Positions 41,410 through 52,091 of a stretch of 64,000 nucleotides of DNA are shown one piece after another (the stretch's first letter is position 1; every line of letters begins with the position of its first letter). The stretch lies in the NCBI GenBank assembly GCA_963736855.1, contig CAVTQK010000024.1, positions 141,850-205,849 on the forward strand. Reading direction: 5' to 3'. The DNA is from an uncultured delta proteobacterium. GTDB taxonomy: Bacteria; Desulfobacterota; Desulfobacteria; Desulfobacterales; UBA2156. Made by a program: the position numbers and the translations under genes. The notes under the pieces are model-generated. The model was given only the letters and a program-made list of their open reading frames with translations. It made no database searches and was not told where the DNA came from.

Positions 41410-42183
41410 ATGGCTTTAGGCACTTCCATAGCGACTGCCAATTTAAACAAAATAGCTCCCCGATTCGATGGGATCGTGGTCATCGTCGGTGCCTTCGGGA
41501 GCGGCAAAACTGAGGTGGCCGTCAATTTGGCAGCAGAGTCCCGGGAGGCCGGATCCGAGGTATGGATTGCCGACCTGGATCTGGTGAATCCGTATTTCAG
41601 AACCCGCGAGGCCAGAGTCCCATTGACAAGAATGGGCATCGGTGTCGTGCTTCCCCCGGAAGTATACCTGCATGCCGATCTGCCCATATTGACTCCGCTG
41701 GTGGCGGGCGCGATACGGCGGACTGAGGGGCTTGTCATTCTGGATGTAGGTGGAAACGATGTGGGCGCCACTGTCCTTGCTTCTCTGGCTGATGCCTTTC
41801 ATGCCTCTTCATTGGAAAAGCGGCCTTTTCATGTCCTTTTCGTGGTGAACCCGTTTCGCCCTTTCACTGAAACCCTTTCGGGATGTATGAAGATGCGCAA
41901 GTCGATCGAAAGGGCGTCGAAACTGGCTATCACGGGGATTATCGGAAACGCCAATTTCATAGAAGAGACCCGGGCCGAGGATATCGAAGAAGGGTATCGA
42001 TTTGTTCGTGCCTTCTCAGAGAAAAGCCGGTTGCCTCTGGAGATGATCACCGTCCCGTACCCTCTGTTGAAACAAACGGACATCACACAGTTTTATTGTC
42101 CTGTCCTTTCTATCCAACGGCAGCTCGTTCCCCCCTGGAAAAAACCGGCCAGCTTTCATTTCGACCGAAAATCCGATTCATAA
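41410..42183 (+). CDS. P-loop NTPase of unknown function leading the oxidoreductase operon
   Basis: GAFGSGKTEVAVN, DLDLVNPYFRTRE, DVGGNDVGA and N..RP.T motifs. Confidence 0.8.
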   Translation: MALGTSIATANLNKIAPRFDGIVVIVGAFGSGKTEVAVNLAAESREAGSEVWIADLDLVNPYFRTREARVPLTRMGIGVVLPPEVYLHADLPILTPLVAGAIRRTEGLVILDVGGNDVGATVLASLADAFHASSLEKRPFHVLFVVNPFRPFTETLSGCMKMRKSIERASKLAITGIIGNANFIEETRAEDIEEGYRFVRAFSEKSRLPLEMITVPYPLLKQTDITQFYCPVLSIQRQLVPPWKKPASFHFDRKSDS

Positions 42184-42252
42184 TCCTGGAATGATCAACG
42201 GCGAATTATTAGGATGGCTTCTCAACATCATAAACAAAAGGAGCGATCGTCG

Positions 42253-42477
42253 ATGGCATATAAACATCGAATCGAAACCAACCGGTGCAAGGGGTGCGGT
42301 CTTTGTGTCATGGTATGCCCCAAGAATGTGCTGGAAATATCCAACCAGGTGAACGTCAAGGGGTATTTTCCGGCTTTTCAGGCCCGTCCTGAAGACTGCA
42401 TCTTCTGCACGACATGCTGCATCATGTGTCCGGATGTGGCGATCACCATAACAAAGGAAGCCGAAAAAGCGGCTTAA
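42253..42477 (+). CDS. 2x[4Fe-4S] ferredoxin (delta subunit)
   Basis: CKGCGLCVMVCP and CIFCTTCCIMCPD. Confidence 0.93.
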   Translation: MAYKHRIETNRCKGCGLCVMVCPKNVLEISNQVNVKGYFPAFQARPEDCIFCTTCCIMCPDVAITITKEAEKAA

Positions 42478-42504
42478 CCGCCGGAAACATAGGAAGGGCG
42501 AATC

Positions 42505-43578
42505 ATGAGCAAGGTATTGATGAAGGGGAATGAGGCCATCGGGGAAGCTGCGATTCGGGCGGGGTGCCTGAACTACTTCGCCTACCCGATTACCCCGCAG
42601 TCCGAGGTGGCGGAGTATCTGTCCCGGCGCATGCCGGAAGTCGGGGGCGTCTTTCTTCAGGGGGAAAGCGAAGTAGCGGTCTCTTATATGATTTTTGGAG
42701 CCGCTGCCTGTGGGGAAAGGGTTTTTACGACATCTTCAAGCCCCGGAATCAGCCTCATGAGCGAGGGGGTCAGCTACATCGTGGGGGCTCAGTGTCCAGC
42801 CGTTTTTGTGAACATCATGAGAGGAGGCCCCGGACTCGGCGGGATCCTCCCCTCCCAGGCCGATTATCTGCAGGCCACCAAGGGGATCGGACATGGAGAC
42901 TGCCGTTTGCTGGTCATGGCTCCGGCTTCGGTTCAGGAGGCGGTGGAGATGGTCATGACGGCGTTTCCTTTGGCCGAGAAATATAGAAACCCGGTGATGA
43001 TCCTGGGTGACGGTCTCATCGGTCAGATGATGGAGCCGGTTACCTTTCCGGATCATCTCAAGACCTCGCCGTCGAACAAGGACGACTGGGCGACCAATGG
43101 GATGGACACCCGCAAAAGCAAGACGAGGAACCTGGTGAAGTCTCTCTACCTGGATCCGGAAGCCTTGAACGCCCATAATCTCAGGCTAAAGGCCAAATAC
43201 GACCGGATAAGAGAAGAAGAGATCCGATATGAAACATACAACACCGACACGGATTACCAAATCCTGATTGTCAGTTACGGCACCATGAGCCGGGTTTGCC
43301 ACAGCGCCATCGATACTCTCAAGGATAAGAAAATTATGGTGGCTATGGTGCGGCCCCAGAACGTTTTCCCGTTTCCCGAGCAGGCTGTCTTGGAAGCGGC
43401 ATCGAAACCAAGTTGCCGCCATGTGCTGAGTGTGGAGATGAGCATGGGGCAGATGGTCGAAGATATTCAGCGGAGCGTTCAGGGGAAGCGTCCGGTGCAC
43501 TGGTACGGGAAATGCGGAGGCGATGTGCCTACACCGGAGGAAGTCATGGAAGCGGTGGGAAAGCTGATCCGGGCCTGA
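42505..43578 (+). CDS. vorB: 2-oxoacid:ferredoxin oxidoreductase alpha subunit (VorB-like)
   Basis: MKGNEAIGEAA, YPITPQSE, TSSSPGISL and RGGPGLG motifs. Confidence 0.9.
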   Translation: MSKVLMKGNEAIGEAAIRAGCLNYFAYPITPQSEVAEYLSRRMPEVGGVFLQGESEVAVSYMIFGAAACGERVFTTSSSPGISLMSEGVSYIVGAQCPAVFVNIMRGGPGLGGILPSQADYLQATKGIGHGDCRLLVMAPASVQEAVEMVMTAFPLAEKYRNPVMILGDGLIGQMMEPVTFPDHLKTSPSNKDDWATNGMDTRKSKTRNLVKSLYLDPEALNAHNLRLKAKYDRIREEEIRYETYNTDTDYQILIVSYGTMSRVCHSAIDTLKDKKIMVAMVRPQNVFPFPEQAVLEAASKPSCRHVLSVEMSMGQMVEDIQRSVQGKRPVHWYGKCGGDVPTPEEVMEAVGKLIRA

Positions 43579-43630
43579 GCCTGGCACCCAATAGGCATTT
43601 TGCTATCCAATTCATAAAGGAGAACAAGCC

Positions 43631-44383
43631 GTGGCAAAAACTTTTTCAAGACCAAAATGCCTTTCCGAACAGGAAACCCATTACTGTCCGGGATGCACCC
43701 ATGGGATCATCCATCGGCTGGTAGCGGAGGCCATCGATGATCTTCAAATCAGCGGAAGAACTGTGGGTATTGCCCCGGTGGGGTGTGCAGTCCTCTGTTA
43801 TAATTACTTCACATTCGACTTCCAGGAGGCTGCCCACGGCCGGGCCCCGGCCATGGCCACAGGGATCAAGCGGGTTCGACCGGATCTGATCGTATTTACC
43901 TATCAGGGCGACGGGGACCTGGCAAGCATCGGGATGGGAGAGATCATCCATGCGGCCAACCGAGGGGAGAAATTCACCACGGTATTTGTCAATAATACGG
44001 TCTATGGAATGACGGGAGGGCAAATGGCACCCACTACAATGCCCAACCAAAAGACCACCACCTCCCCTTTTGGGAGAAATGTGGAAGAGGTGGGGATGCC
44101 GATCCGGGTGGCCGAATTGCTTGCATCTCTCGCGACACCGGCCTATATATCCAGACAGGCCGCTATAACCCCCAAATATATCGTCCGGGCGAAAAAAGCC
44201 ATCCACCGAGCCTTTCAGTACCAGGTGGAGAACCGGTGTTTCAGTTTCGTGGAAGTCATCTCCACCTGCCCCACCAACTGGGGGATGACACCCGACGATG
44301 CGTTAAAATGGGCCGAGAAGACGATGATTCCCTACTACCCGCTGGGAGATCTGAAAACGCCTGAATCGGTAAAGGAGGAGTAA
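43631..44383 (+). CDS. 2-oxoacid:ferredoxin oxidoreductase beta subunit (TPP-binding)
   Basis: HYCPGCTHG, QGDGDLASIG, NN.VYGMTGGQ and CPTNW motifs. Confidence 0.93.
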   Translation: MAKTFSRPKCLSEQETHYCPGCTHGIIHRLVAEAIDDLQISGRTVGIAPVGCAVLCYNYFTFDFQEAAHGRAPAMATGIKRVRPDLIVFTYQGDGDLASIGMGEIIHAANRGEKFTTVFVNNTVYGMTGGQMAPTTMPNQKTTTSPFGRNVEEVGMPIRVAELLASLATPAYISRQAAITPKYIVRAKKAIHRAFQYQVENRCFSFVEVISTCPTNWGMTPDDALKWAEKTMIPYYPLGDLKTPESVKEE

Positions 44384-44919
44384 TGCAATCCGAAGTTATG
44401 TTTGCCGGTTTCGGAGGACAAGGAGTCCTGCTTTCCGGGAAAATCCTCGCCGAGGCGGCCATGGAAAAACAACTGGAGGTGGCTTGGGTCCCCTCCTACG
44501 GCCCTGAAATGCGGGGAGGCACGGCCTACTGCACGGTGGTGATCAGCGACCGACCCATCAGCTCCCCCATCATCCGAAATCCCATGCACCTGGTGGCCAT
44601 GAATCGGCCTTCCTTGGAAAAATTCGCCAAGATGGTTAAACCGGGAGGAGTGATCCTCGTCAACAGTTCTCTGATCCCCATTAATTCCGGGCGAAATGAT
44701 GTGGATGAACTTCGGGTCCCGGTCATGGATATCGCTACCAGTCTGGGCGACGTCAGGTCGGCCAATATCGTTGCTTTGGGCGCTTTTGTCGCCCGGAGCA
44801 AGATCATCGATTTTGAAATCCTCCGGCGGATGGTACAAAAAGAGTTCGGGAAGAAAGAGAAATTAATCAAGATAAACCTGGCCGCCCTTGAAGAGGGCCG
44901 TAAGGCGGCAACTGTTTGA
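44383..44919 (+). CDS. 2-oxoacid:ferredoxin oxidoreductase gamma subunit
   Basis: AGFGGQG and PSYGPEMRGGTA motifs. Confidence 0.93.
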   Translation: MQSEVMFAGFGGQGVLLSGKILAEAAMEKQLEVAWVPSYGPEMRGGTAYCTVVISDRPISSPIIRNPMHLVAMNRPSLEKFAKMVKPGGVILVNSSLIPINSGRNDVDELRVPVMDIATSLGDVRSANIVALGAFVARSKIIDFEILRRMVQKEFGKKEKLIKINLAALEEGRKAATV

Positions 44920-44973
44920 AAGAGGTATCCGCCTATCGAACCCATAAAGAAGATAACCCCTGATAAAACCGGG

Positions 44974-46071
44974 GTGGCACCGGAATGGAAGGCGAGGGTT
45001 CCGGCCTATATCGCATCCATCCCGCCATATGTCCCTGGCAAACCCATCGAGGAAGTCGAAAGGGAATTCGGCATTGCCGATGCGGTCAAGCTCGCTTCGA
45101 ATGAAAATCCGCTAGGACCGTCCCCAAAGGCGGTGGAGGCGATTCAAAAGGCCGCAGGCTTCATCCACCGTTACCCCGACGGGAGCGGAAAAGCACTCAT
45201 CGAGGCTTTAGGGGTTTCGCTGAGAATATCCAAAGATCGGATCGTTTTGGGCAACGGCTCGGACGAGATCATCGGTTTGTTGGTCCGGGCGTTGCTCCGA
45301 CAAAACGATGCGGCTGTCATGCCCAAGCCTTCCTTCCTCATATATGAGATTACGGTAAGAAGCGTTGGTGCCACACCCGTTAAGGTCCCGCTTAAGGATT
45401 TTGCCATCGACCTGGAGGCCATGGCCGACCACATTCGCCCTGAAACCAAGATGATTTTTTTGACGAATCCTCATAACCCCACCGGGTCTCTCATCACCCA
45501 GAAAGACTTCGAGCGATTCATGTCCCGGATCCCCCCAGGTGTTGTGGTGATATTGGATGAGGCCTACATTGAATTCGTGCGGGAACCGACCTGTCTGAAC
45601 AGCCTGGCCTATGTCGAGACTCAAAATCCGGTAGTGACTTTGCGGACCTTTTCCAAGGCTTACGGTCTTGCGGGGTTGAGAATCGGTTATGGTGTGATGC
45701 CCGCCGAACTCGCGGAGATCGTGAACCGGATCCGGACACCCTTCAATACGAGCTCCCTGGCTCAAATCGGCGCCATAGCGGCTCTAAAGGACCCATCTTT
45801 TGTTAAAAAAACCGTCTCTTTGGTCCATGAGGAACTCGATTTTTTGTATGCAGCGATCAGGCGCCTTGGACTGACGGTTTTTCCGAGTCAAGCCAATTAC
45901 ATCATGATCGACGTCAAGCAAAGCGCGGATGACGTTTTTCAGCGCCTCCTCAGAGAGGGGGTCATTGTGCGATCCATGACCGCCTACGGATTTCCTGAAT
46001 ATGTGCGGATCAGCATAGGCTTGCATACCGAAAACATCCGTTTGGTCGAAGCGCTGAAGAGGTGCTTGTGA
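44974..46071 (+). CDS. hisC: Histidinol-phosphate aminotransferase
   Basis: YVPGKP, KLASNENPLG, NPHNPTG, DEAY and RTFSKAYGLAGLRIGY motifs. Confidence 0.96.
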   Translation: MAPEWKARVPAYIASIPPYVPGKPIEEVEREFGIADAVKLASNENPLGPSPKAVEAIQKAAGFIHRYPDGSGKALIEALGVSLRISKDRIVLGNGSDEIIGLLVRALLRQNDAAVMPKPSFLIYEITVRSVGATPVKVPLKDFAIDLEAMADHIRPETKMIFLTNPHNPTGSLITQKDFERFMSRIPPGVVVILDEAYIEFVREPTCLNSLAYVETQNPVVTLRTFSKAYGLAGLRIGYGVMPAELAEIVNRIRTPFNTSSLAQIGAIAALKDPSFVKKTVSLVHEELDFLYAAIRRLGLTVFPSQANYIMIDVKQSADDVFQRLLREGVIVRSMTAYGFPEYVRISIGLHTENIRLVEALKRCL

Positions 46072-46796
46072 ACACTCGGAAAGGGGGATTTCCTCCAGGT
46101 CCCCCGGAAAAATGCTGCCGACATTCAAAACCGCTTCTCATCACCATCGACGGTCCGGCTGGAGCCGGGAAGACCACTATCGGCAAGCGTCTGGCAGGCT
46201 GTCTGAAATACCGATATGTCGATACGGGTGCGCTCTACCGTGCGGTGGCGCATGAAGCCCTCAGGGCAGGGATTGCATCCGATGACGATCCGAAGCTTCG
46301 TGCAATGTGTGGCGGATTGAACCTGAAATTCGAAGAAGGCTCCATGGGTGTACGGCTGCTGGCTAACGACAGAGACATCACCGACGCAATCCGGACCCCC
46401 GAGATCGCCATGGCAGCCTCCAAGGCCTCGGCGCAACCCTCGGTCAGAGAGCATTTGCTGAACGTTCAGCGAAAGTTAGGGAAAGATCGGTGCGTCGTGT
46501 TCGAAGGGAGGGATATGGGTACCGTTGTCTTTCCGGATGCCGATGTGAAGTTTTTTCTCGACGCCGAGCCGCGCGTCCGGGCCCAGAGACGATTTCACGA
46601 GATGAAACATCCTCCCCAGATGACCTTGGACGAAATGGAGAAGGAGATCGTTTGCCGGGATCAGGCAGACAGCACCCGAATGTTGGCACCCCTAAGAGCT
46701 GCCCCTGATGCGGTGCGCATCGATTCCAGCCGGCTTTCCGAAGATGAAGTGATCCGACGGATGCTCGACCATATTCACCGCAATGCCGGGCCATGA
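46068..46796 (+). CDS. cmk: Cytidylate kinase
   Basis: ITIDGPAGAGKTT, DTGALYR and EGRDMGTVVFPDA motifs. Confidence 0.97.
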   Translation: MNTRKGGFPPGPPEKCCRHSKPLLITIDGPAGAGKTTIGKRLAGCLKYRYVDTGALYRAVAHEALRAGIASDDDPKLRAMCGGLNLKFEEGSMGVRLLANDRDITDAIRTPEIAMAASKASAQPSVREHLLNVQRKLGKDRCVVFEGRDMGTVVFPDADVKFFLDAEPRVRAQRRFHEMKHPPQMTLDEMEKEIVCRDQADSTRMLAPLRAAPDAVRIDSSRLSEDEVIRRMLDHIHRNAGP

Positions 46797-46987
46797 CAAA
46801 GGATTTGGCTTTTACCTCTAAAGCGTTTCTGAGAGGTAGAGCTTTATGTTTTAAAAATAACGCATTCCGGCGCCATCAATAAAATAATCGTTGTTTTTTA
46901 GAATTGAACATGGTAGTTAAAATCGTTTAAAGAGGCAATGGCACCATCGATTAACCCAATAAACCAGGCAAGGGAGAAACGCGTTTC

Positions 46988-48835
46988 ATGGAAAACTTGG
47001 AAAAAAACCAAACGACCCAACCCACCGACTCAAGCAGCGGCCCCGACACGGTTCCGGCCCATGCTTCCCAGACAACAGACATCCTGACAAAGACGCAGGA
47101 CAGTAATTCCCCACCCGGAGATGGGGTTGCTCCCGCGAAAGGCCAGGATTCGGCTGGAAGAAAAGAGGGGGAGTTGGAAGAGATGTACAAGGAAAGCTTC
47201 AAACGCTTTGAAGAAGGTGAAATCGTCACCGGAAGGATTATATCGGTGGATAAAGACCATGTTCTGGTCGATATCGGATATAAATCCGAAGGACAGATTC
47301 CCATCGGCGAATTCGCCGATGATAGAGGAAAGGTGAGTGTCAACATCGACGATCCGGTGGAGGTCATGGTCGAATGGTGGGACGATGAAGAAGAGAGAGT
47401 CATCCTTTCCAAGGAGAAAGCCGAGAAAATTAAGGTTTGGGAAGAAATCAAGCAGGCCCACGATCAGGACGGAACCGTCACTGGAATCATTATCGGTCGT
47501 GTCAAGGGCGGATTTACTGTGGACATCGGAGTCCAGGCTTTTCTGCCGGGCTCCCAGGCGGACTTGCGACCTATACATAATTTGGACGATATGGTGGGGA
47601 AGAGCTTCTCGTTTAAAGTTTTGAAATATAACCGCAAGCGGAGCAACGTGGTTTTATCGAGGAGAGTCATCCTGGAAAAGGAGGCCGTTGCCAAACGGTC
47701 TGCCACACTGGCTTCGATCCATGAAGGAAAGGTGATGGAAGGGATCGTTAAAAACATCACCGAATATGGCGTCTTCGTGGATTTGGGTGGCGTGGACGGT
47801 CTGCTCCACATCACCGATATTTCCTGGGGACGGGTGAAACATCCCTCCGAGCTCTTTTCCATCGGCAACAAGATAACGGTCAAAGTGCTCAATCTCGATC
47901 TGGAAAGGGAACGGGTATCCCTGGGGATGAAACAGCTCACTCCGGACCCCTGGTTGAATGCGGCGCAGAAATATCCTATCGGATCGCGGATCTCAGGCAA
48001 GGTAGTGAGCCTGACGGACTACGGGGCATTCATCGAACTGGAAGAAGGGGTGGAAGGACTTATCCATGTGTCGGAGATGTCCTGGACCCGCAAGATCCGT
48101 CATCCGTCCAAGGTGGTTTCCGTCGAGGAAAAAGTGGAAGCGGTCGTTTTGGATATCAAGCCGGATAGCCGGAGAATCTCGTTGGGAATGAAGCAGGTGG
48201 TTCCCAATCCGTGGGATGTAATCAGCGAAAAATACCCAGTGGGCACCGTCATCGAAGGGAAGATTAAAAACATCACCGATTTCGGTATTTTCATCGGCAT
48301 CGATGAAGGGATTGACGGGTTGATCCACATCTCGGACATTTCCTGGACCAAGCGTATCAAACACCCCTCCGAACTGTACAAGAAAGGCGATACGATCCAG
48401 GCAAAAGTCCTCGATATCGAAAAGGAAAACGAGAGATTTTCTTTAGGTATCAAGCACCTTCAGACGGATCCATGGTCCACGGTCGAACACCGCTATCACG
48501 TCGGTAAAGAGATCACAGGAACCATCACCAATCTGACCGACTTCGGAATTTTCGTGGAACTCGAGGAAGGCATCGAGGGACTGGTTCACGTATCGGAGAT
48601 CAGCAAAGAGAAGATCAAGACTCCGGTCGGAAAGTATAATATCGGGGATGCCATCACCGCCAAGGTTATGAATATCAACAGCGATGAGAGAAGAATCGGT
48701 CTTTCCATCAAGCGCCTGGACATGGAAAGCGATCAGAACCTGCTCAAAGAATACGTCAATCAAATGGCGACGCCCACCTCCACCTTCGGAGAGCTTCTCC
48801 GGAACAACCTCAAGGACAAGTTAAAGGGAGAATAG
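46988..48835 (+). CDS. rpsA: 30S ribosomal protein S1
   Basis: Six S1 repeats (DIGYKSEG, FLPGSQ, GLLHITDISW, GLIHVSEMSW and others). Confidence 0.98.
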   Translation: MENLEKNQTTQPTDSSSGPDTVPAHASQTTDILTKTQDSNSPPGDGVAPAKGQDSAGRKEGELEEMYKESFKRFEEGEIVTGRIISVDKDHVLVDIGYKSEGQIPIGEFADDRGKVSVNIDDPVEVMVEWWDDEEERVILSKEKAEKIKVWEEIKQAHDQDGTVTGIIIGRVKGGFTVDIGVQAFLPGSQADLRPIHNLDDMVGKSFSFKVLKYNRKRSNVVLSRRVILEKEAVAKRSATLASIHEGKVMEGIVKNITEYGVFVDLGGVDGLLHITDISWGRVKHPSELFSIGNKITVKVLNLDLERERVSLGMKQLTPDPWLNAAQKYPIGSRISGKVVSLTDYGAFIELEEGVEGLIHVSEMSWTRKIRHPSKVVSVEEKVEAVVLDIKPDSRRISLGMKQVVPNPWDVISEKYPVGTVIEGKIKNITDFGIFIGIDEGIDGLIHISDISWTKRIKHPSELYKKGDTIQAKVLDIEKENERFSLGIKHLQTDPWSTVEHRYHVGKEITGTITNLTDFGIFVELEEGIEGLVHVSEISKEKIKTPVGKYNIGDAITAKVMNINSDERRIGLSIKRLDMESDQNLLKEYVNQMATPTSTFGELLRNNLKDKLKGE

Positions 48836-48856
48836 GCGGATCCTAATTCAGCGGCC

Positions 48857-49744
48857 ATGTTTTCACGCAGGCATCCCTATCTTTTTTTCATCCTGATCTT
48901 CAGCGGAATCGTCTGCGCCGTGATTCTCGGTACGTCGGTCCTTATCGCCGTTTACAGCCGGGGATCGGACTTTGATTTCCGGGAAAAAGTGGGCGTGATT
49001 GAGATCTCAGGCGTCATCTCGGACTCCCGGGAAACCGTCGATGCTTTGAAGGAGTTTCGGGAAAACGAGATTATTAAAGCCATCGTGGTGCGCATCGACT
49101 CCCCTGGAGGCGGTGTCGGACCTTCCCAGGAAATTTTCAGGGAGATTCAGAAAACCGTCTCAAAGAAAAAAGTGGTTGCCTCCATGGGAGGCGTTGCCGC
49201 CTCAGGGGGGTATTATATCGCCGCCGGGACGGATGCCATCTTTGCCAATCCGGGGACCATTACCGGCAGTATCGGCGTCATCATGGGCTTTACCAATTTC
49301 CAGACGCTTCTGGATAAAATCGGTCTGGTACCCATCATCATCAAAAGCGGGGAGTACAAGGATACAGGATCCCCCGTAAGGAAGATGACGGACACCGAAA
49401 GAAAGATGCTGCAAGCCCTTGCGGAAAGGATTCATCAGCAATTCATACAAGACGTTGCGCTGGGGAGGAAACGGGAGGTTTCCCAAATTCAGGCCCTTGC
49501 CGATGGAAGAATTTTTACCGGTGAAGAAGCCCAGTCCCTGGGATTGGTGGATCAATTGGGAAACCTGGAGGACGCCGTCGAGTGGGTTGCGCGTCAATCG
49601 GGCATTCAGGGGAAGGTGAGCACCGTCTACGCCAGGGAAAAACGGTTTTCACTCCTCAGGTACTTATTCGAATCCTCCCTCGACTCCATTGTAGATCAAG
49701 CCTTGAACACGCGGCTGCATGGCGGCTACCTTTATCTGCCGTAA
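48857..49744 (+). CDS. sppA: Signal peptide peptidase SppA (short form)
   Basis: IDSPGG, AASGGYY, TGSIGV, KSGEYKD and DGRIFTG motifs. Confidence 0.95.
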   Translation: MFSRRHPYLFFILIFSGIVCAVILGTSVLIAVYSRGSDFDFREKVGVIEISGVISDSRETVDALKEFRENEIIKAIVVRIDSPGGGVGPSQEIFREIQKTVSKKKVVASMGGVAASGGYYIAAGTDAIFANPGTITGSIGVIMGFTNFQTLLDKIGLVPIIIKSGEYKDTGSPVRKMTDTERKMLQALAERIHQQFIQDVALGRKREVSQIQALADGRIFTGEEAQSLGLVDQLGNLEDAVEWVARQSGIQGKVSTVYAREKRFSLLRYLFESSLDSIVDQALNTRLHGGYLYLP

Positions 49745-49775
49745 TCGGGTCAACAACCGATAGCCATGACAAAGC

Positions 49776-50384
49776 TTACTCGAAGAGACTCACATCTCCA
49801 AGCCCTTTGCGAATGACTTCCGGGACGTCGCCGATCAGGGAGATGATGCTGGAAGGCTGCCCGGCAACAGGCCCTCCGTCGATGACTCCGTCAATGCGCA
49901 ATCGGAAGAAATCATGAATCAGTGACGGATCGGTTAAGATGGTATGGTCAGGTGTCGTTGCGCTGGTGGAGATGATGGGATTTCCCAGTTCCTTCACAAG
50001 GGCCAGGCAGATCGCATGATTCGGTACCCGGATGCCGGCGGTTTTCCTCCGGGTCAGCATGATTTCAGGGACGAGTCGGGATCCCTCCAGGATGAAGGTG
50101 TAAGGTCCCGGAAGGAGGCGCCGCATCGTCTTGTAGGCGTAATTGGAAACCTTGGCATACTGGCTGATGTCTTTCAGGTCGCTGCAAATGAAGCTGAAGG
50201 GCTGGCTCTTGGGTTTTTGCTTGATTTGATAAACCCGTTGAATCGCTTTTTTATTCAGAATGTCACAACCGATGCCGTAAACCGTATCCGTCGGATAGGC
50301 TATGACCCCGCCGTCTTTCAAGATGTCGACCACTCTTCGGATATGCCGCATTTGCGGATTTTTAGGATTGATTTCGATCAGCAT
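49776..50384 (-). CDS. Sua5/YciO/YrdC family protein (YciO-like)
   Basis: YPTDTVYGIGC, LPGPYTFIL, GIRVP and STSA motifs. Confidence 0.92.
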   Translation of the reverse strand: MLIEINPKNPQMRHIRRVVDILKDGGVIAYPTDTVYGIGCDILNKKAIQRVYQIKQKPKSQPFSFICSDLKDISQYAKVSNYAYKTMRRLLPGPYTFILEGSRLVPEIMLTRRKTAGIRVPNHAICLALVKELGNPIISTSATTPDHTILTDPSLIHDFFRLRIDGVIDGGPVAGQPSSIISLIGDVPEVIRKGLGDVSLFE

Positions 50385-50610
50385 GGCTTGAAGATTCTTT
50401 TTGCGTTCAAACGATTTGCTAATATAAATTTCATTATGACGGGTTGGACGGACGTGTCAAGTCTTAGAGGTTGGGCTTAGAAGTTGGGCATTGATAACGC
50501 CCTGCGCTTTTGTTATTCAGGTTCGACAACGCCGACGGCCTCAAAATAAATCGGTCGGATTCATCGACCGTAACAAATGCTGTTAACCATCCGTATTATG
50601 GAGCAATCAA

Positions 50611-52074
50611 ATGGCGAAAACCAACTTCGATGAAGGGCTTTCCTTTGACGATGTCCTGCTCTTCCCCAACTACTCTGATGTGTTGCCTAAAGACGTCAAT
50701 GTCTCCACACGACTGACGCGGGGCATCACTCTGAACATCCCCATCGTGAGCGCGGCCATGGATACGGTGACGGAACACGCCACCGCCATCACCATGGCCC
50801 GGGAAGGCGGGATCGGTTTCATTCACCGGAACATGACCATCGAAAACCAGGTCAAGGAGGTGGACAAGGTCAAAAAATCCGAAAGCGGAATGATCATCGA
50901 CCCGATCACCGTTCGCCCCGATCAGCCGGTCCACGAAGTGCTGCATTTGATGGAGCAGTACCGTATTTCAGGGCTTCCGGTCATCAAAGGGGACAGGTTG
51001 GTGGGAATCGTCACCAACCGGGATCTGCGTTTTGAGACCGATCTTGGAAAAATGGTTTCGGAAGTGATGACCAAAGACAATCTTATTACGGTCCAGGAAG
51101 GGATCACCCTTGATGAATCGAAAAAGCTTTTGCATAAACACCGGATCGAAAAGCTGCTCGTGGTGGACTCCACAGGCAGGCTCAAGGGGATGATCACCAT
51201 TAAAGACATCGAGAAGATCAAAAAATATCCGAATGCCTGCAAGGATCGGATGGGACGCCTGCGTGTGGGAGCAGCGGTGGGAGTGGGGATGGACATGGCC
51301 GCCCGGACCGAGGCCCTCCTGAACGCCGGAGCGGATGTAATCCTCATCGACACATCTCACGGCCACACCAAAAACGTGCTGGATGCCGTGAAACGCTTGA
51401 AGGAAACCTTCAGCAACATCGAATTGATCGCCGGAAATGTGGCTACGGAAAAGGGCGCGGAGGATCTTATCGAAGCCGGTGCCACCGGAGTCAAAGTCGG
51501 AATCGGGCCCGGATCCATCTGCACCACCCGGATCGTTGCCGGGGCAGGTGTGCCCCAGGTCACCGCCATCATGAACTGTCGCGCGATTTCCGGCAAGACC
51601 GGGGTCCCCCTGATCGCCGACGGCGGAATCAAATTCTCCGGCGACATCACCAAGGCCATCGCGGCGGGAGCCCACTCCGTCATGTTGGGGGGACTCTTTG
51701 CCGGAACCGAAGAAAGTCCGGGGGAACTCATCCTTTACCAGGGCCGCAGCTACAAACTTTATCGAGGCATGGGTTCTCTGGAGGCCATGAAACAAGGCAG
51801 CATGGATCGTTATTCCCAATGTGAAGCGGAAAAGGCGGACAAGCTTGTCCCGGAAGGGATCGTCGGGAGAGTTCCCTACCGGGGTTCCTTGTCCGGGAAT
51901 ATTTTCCAGCTCGTCGGAGGACTCAAGGCCGGAATGGGATACCTGGGCTGCCGGACTCTCGATGAGTTGCAGGAGAAGGCCCGATTCATCCGGATCACGG
52001 CGGCGGGCTTGAAGGAAAGCCACGTGCATGAAGTGATCATTACCCAAGAGGCTCCGAACTACCGCTTGGAATAA
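50611..52074 (+). CDS. guaB: IMP dehydrogenase
   Basis: [12 protein letters not shown] pair, [11 protein letters not shown] and YRGMGS motifs. Confidence 0.99.
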   Translation: MAKTNFDEGLSFDDVLLFPNYSDVLPKDVNVSTRLTRGITLNIPIVSAAMDTVTEHATAITMAREGGIGFIHRNMTIENQVKEVDKVKKSESGMIIDPITVRPDQPVHEVLHLMEQYRISGLPVIKGDRLVGIVTNRDLRFETDLGKMVSEVMTKDNLITVQEGITLDESKKLLHKHRIEKLLVVDSTGRLKGMITIKDIEKIKKYPNACKDRMGRLRVGAAVGVGMDMAARTEALLNAGADVILIDTSHGHTKNVLDAVKRLKETFSNIELIAGNVATEKGAEDLIEAGATGVKVGIGPGSICTTRIVAGAGVPQVTAIMNCRAISGKTGVPLIADGGIKFSGDITKAIAAGAHSVMLGGLFAGTEESPGELILYQGRSYKLYRGMGSLEAMKQGSMDRYSQCEAEKADKLVPEGIVGRVPYRGSLSGNIFQLVGGLKAGMGYLGCRTLDELQEKARFIRITAAGLKESHVHEVIITQEAPNYRLE

Positions 52075-52091
52075 ACAGGGCTCCGGAGACC

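Noticed and set aside
47700..48720. Internal DNA repeats (AAAAACATCACCGA, ATTTCCTGG, CATCC)
   Set aside because: Tandem S1 domains of rpsA
50464..50488. Short tandem repeat CTTAGAGGTTGGG / CTTAGAAGTTGGG in the yciO-guaB spacer
   Set aside because: Only two copies and no supporting context
50968..52047. Long antisense ORF over guaB (also those over kdsA, DUF39, dnaE and degT)
   Set aside because: Shadow frames of conserved genes caused by codon bias; no recognisable motifs
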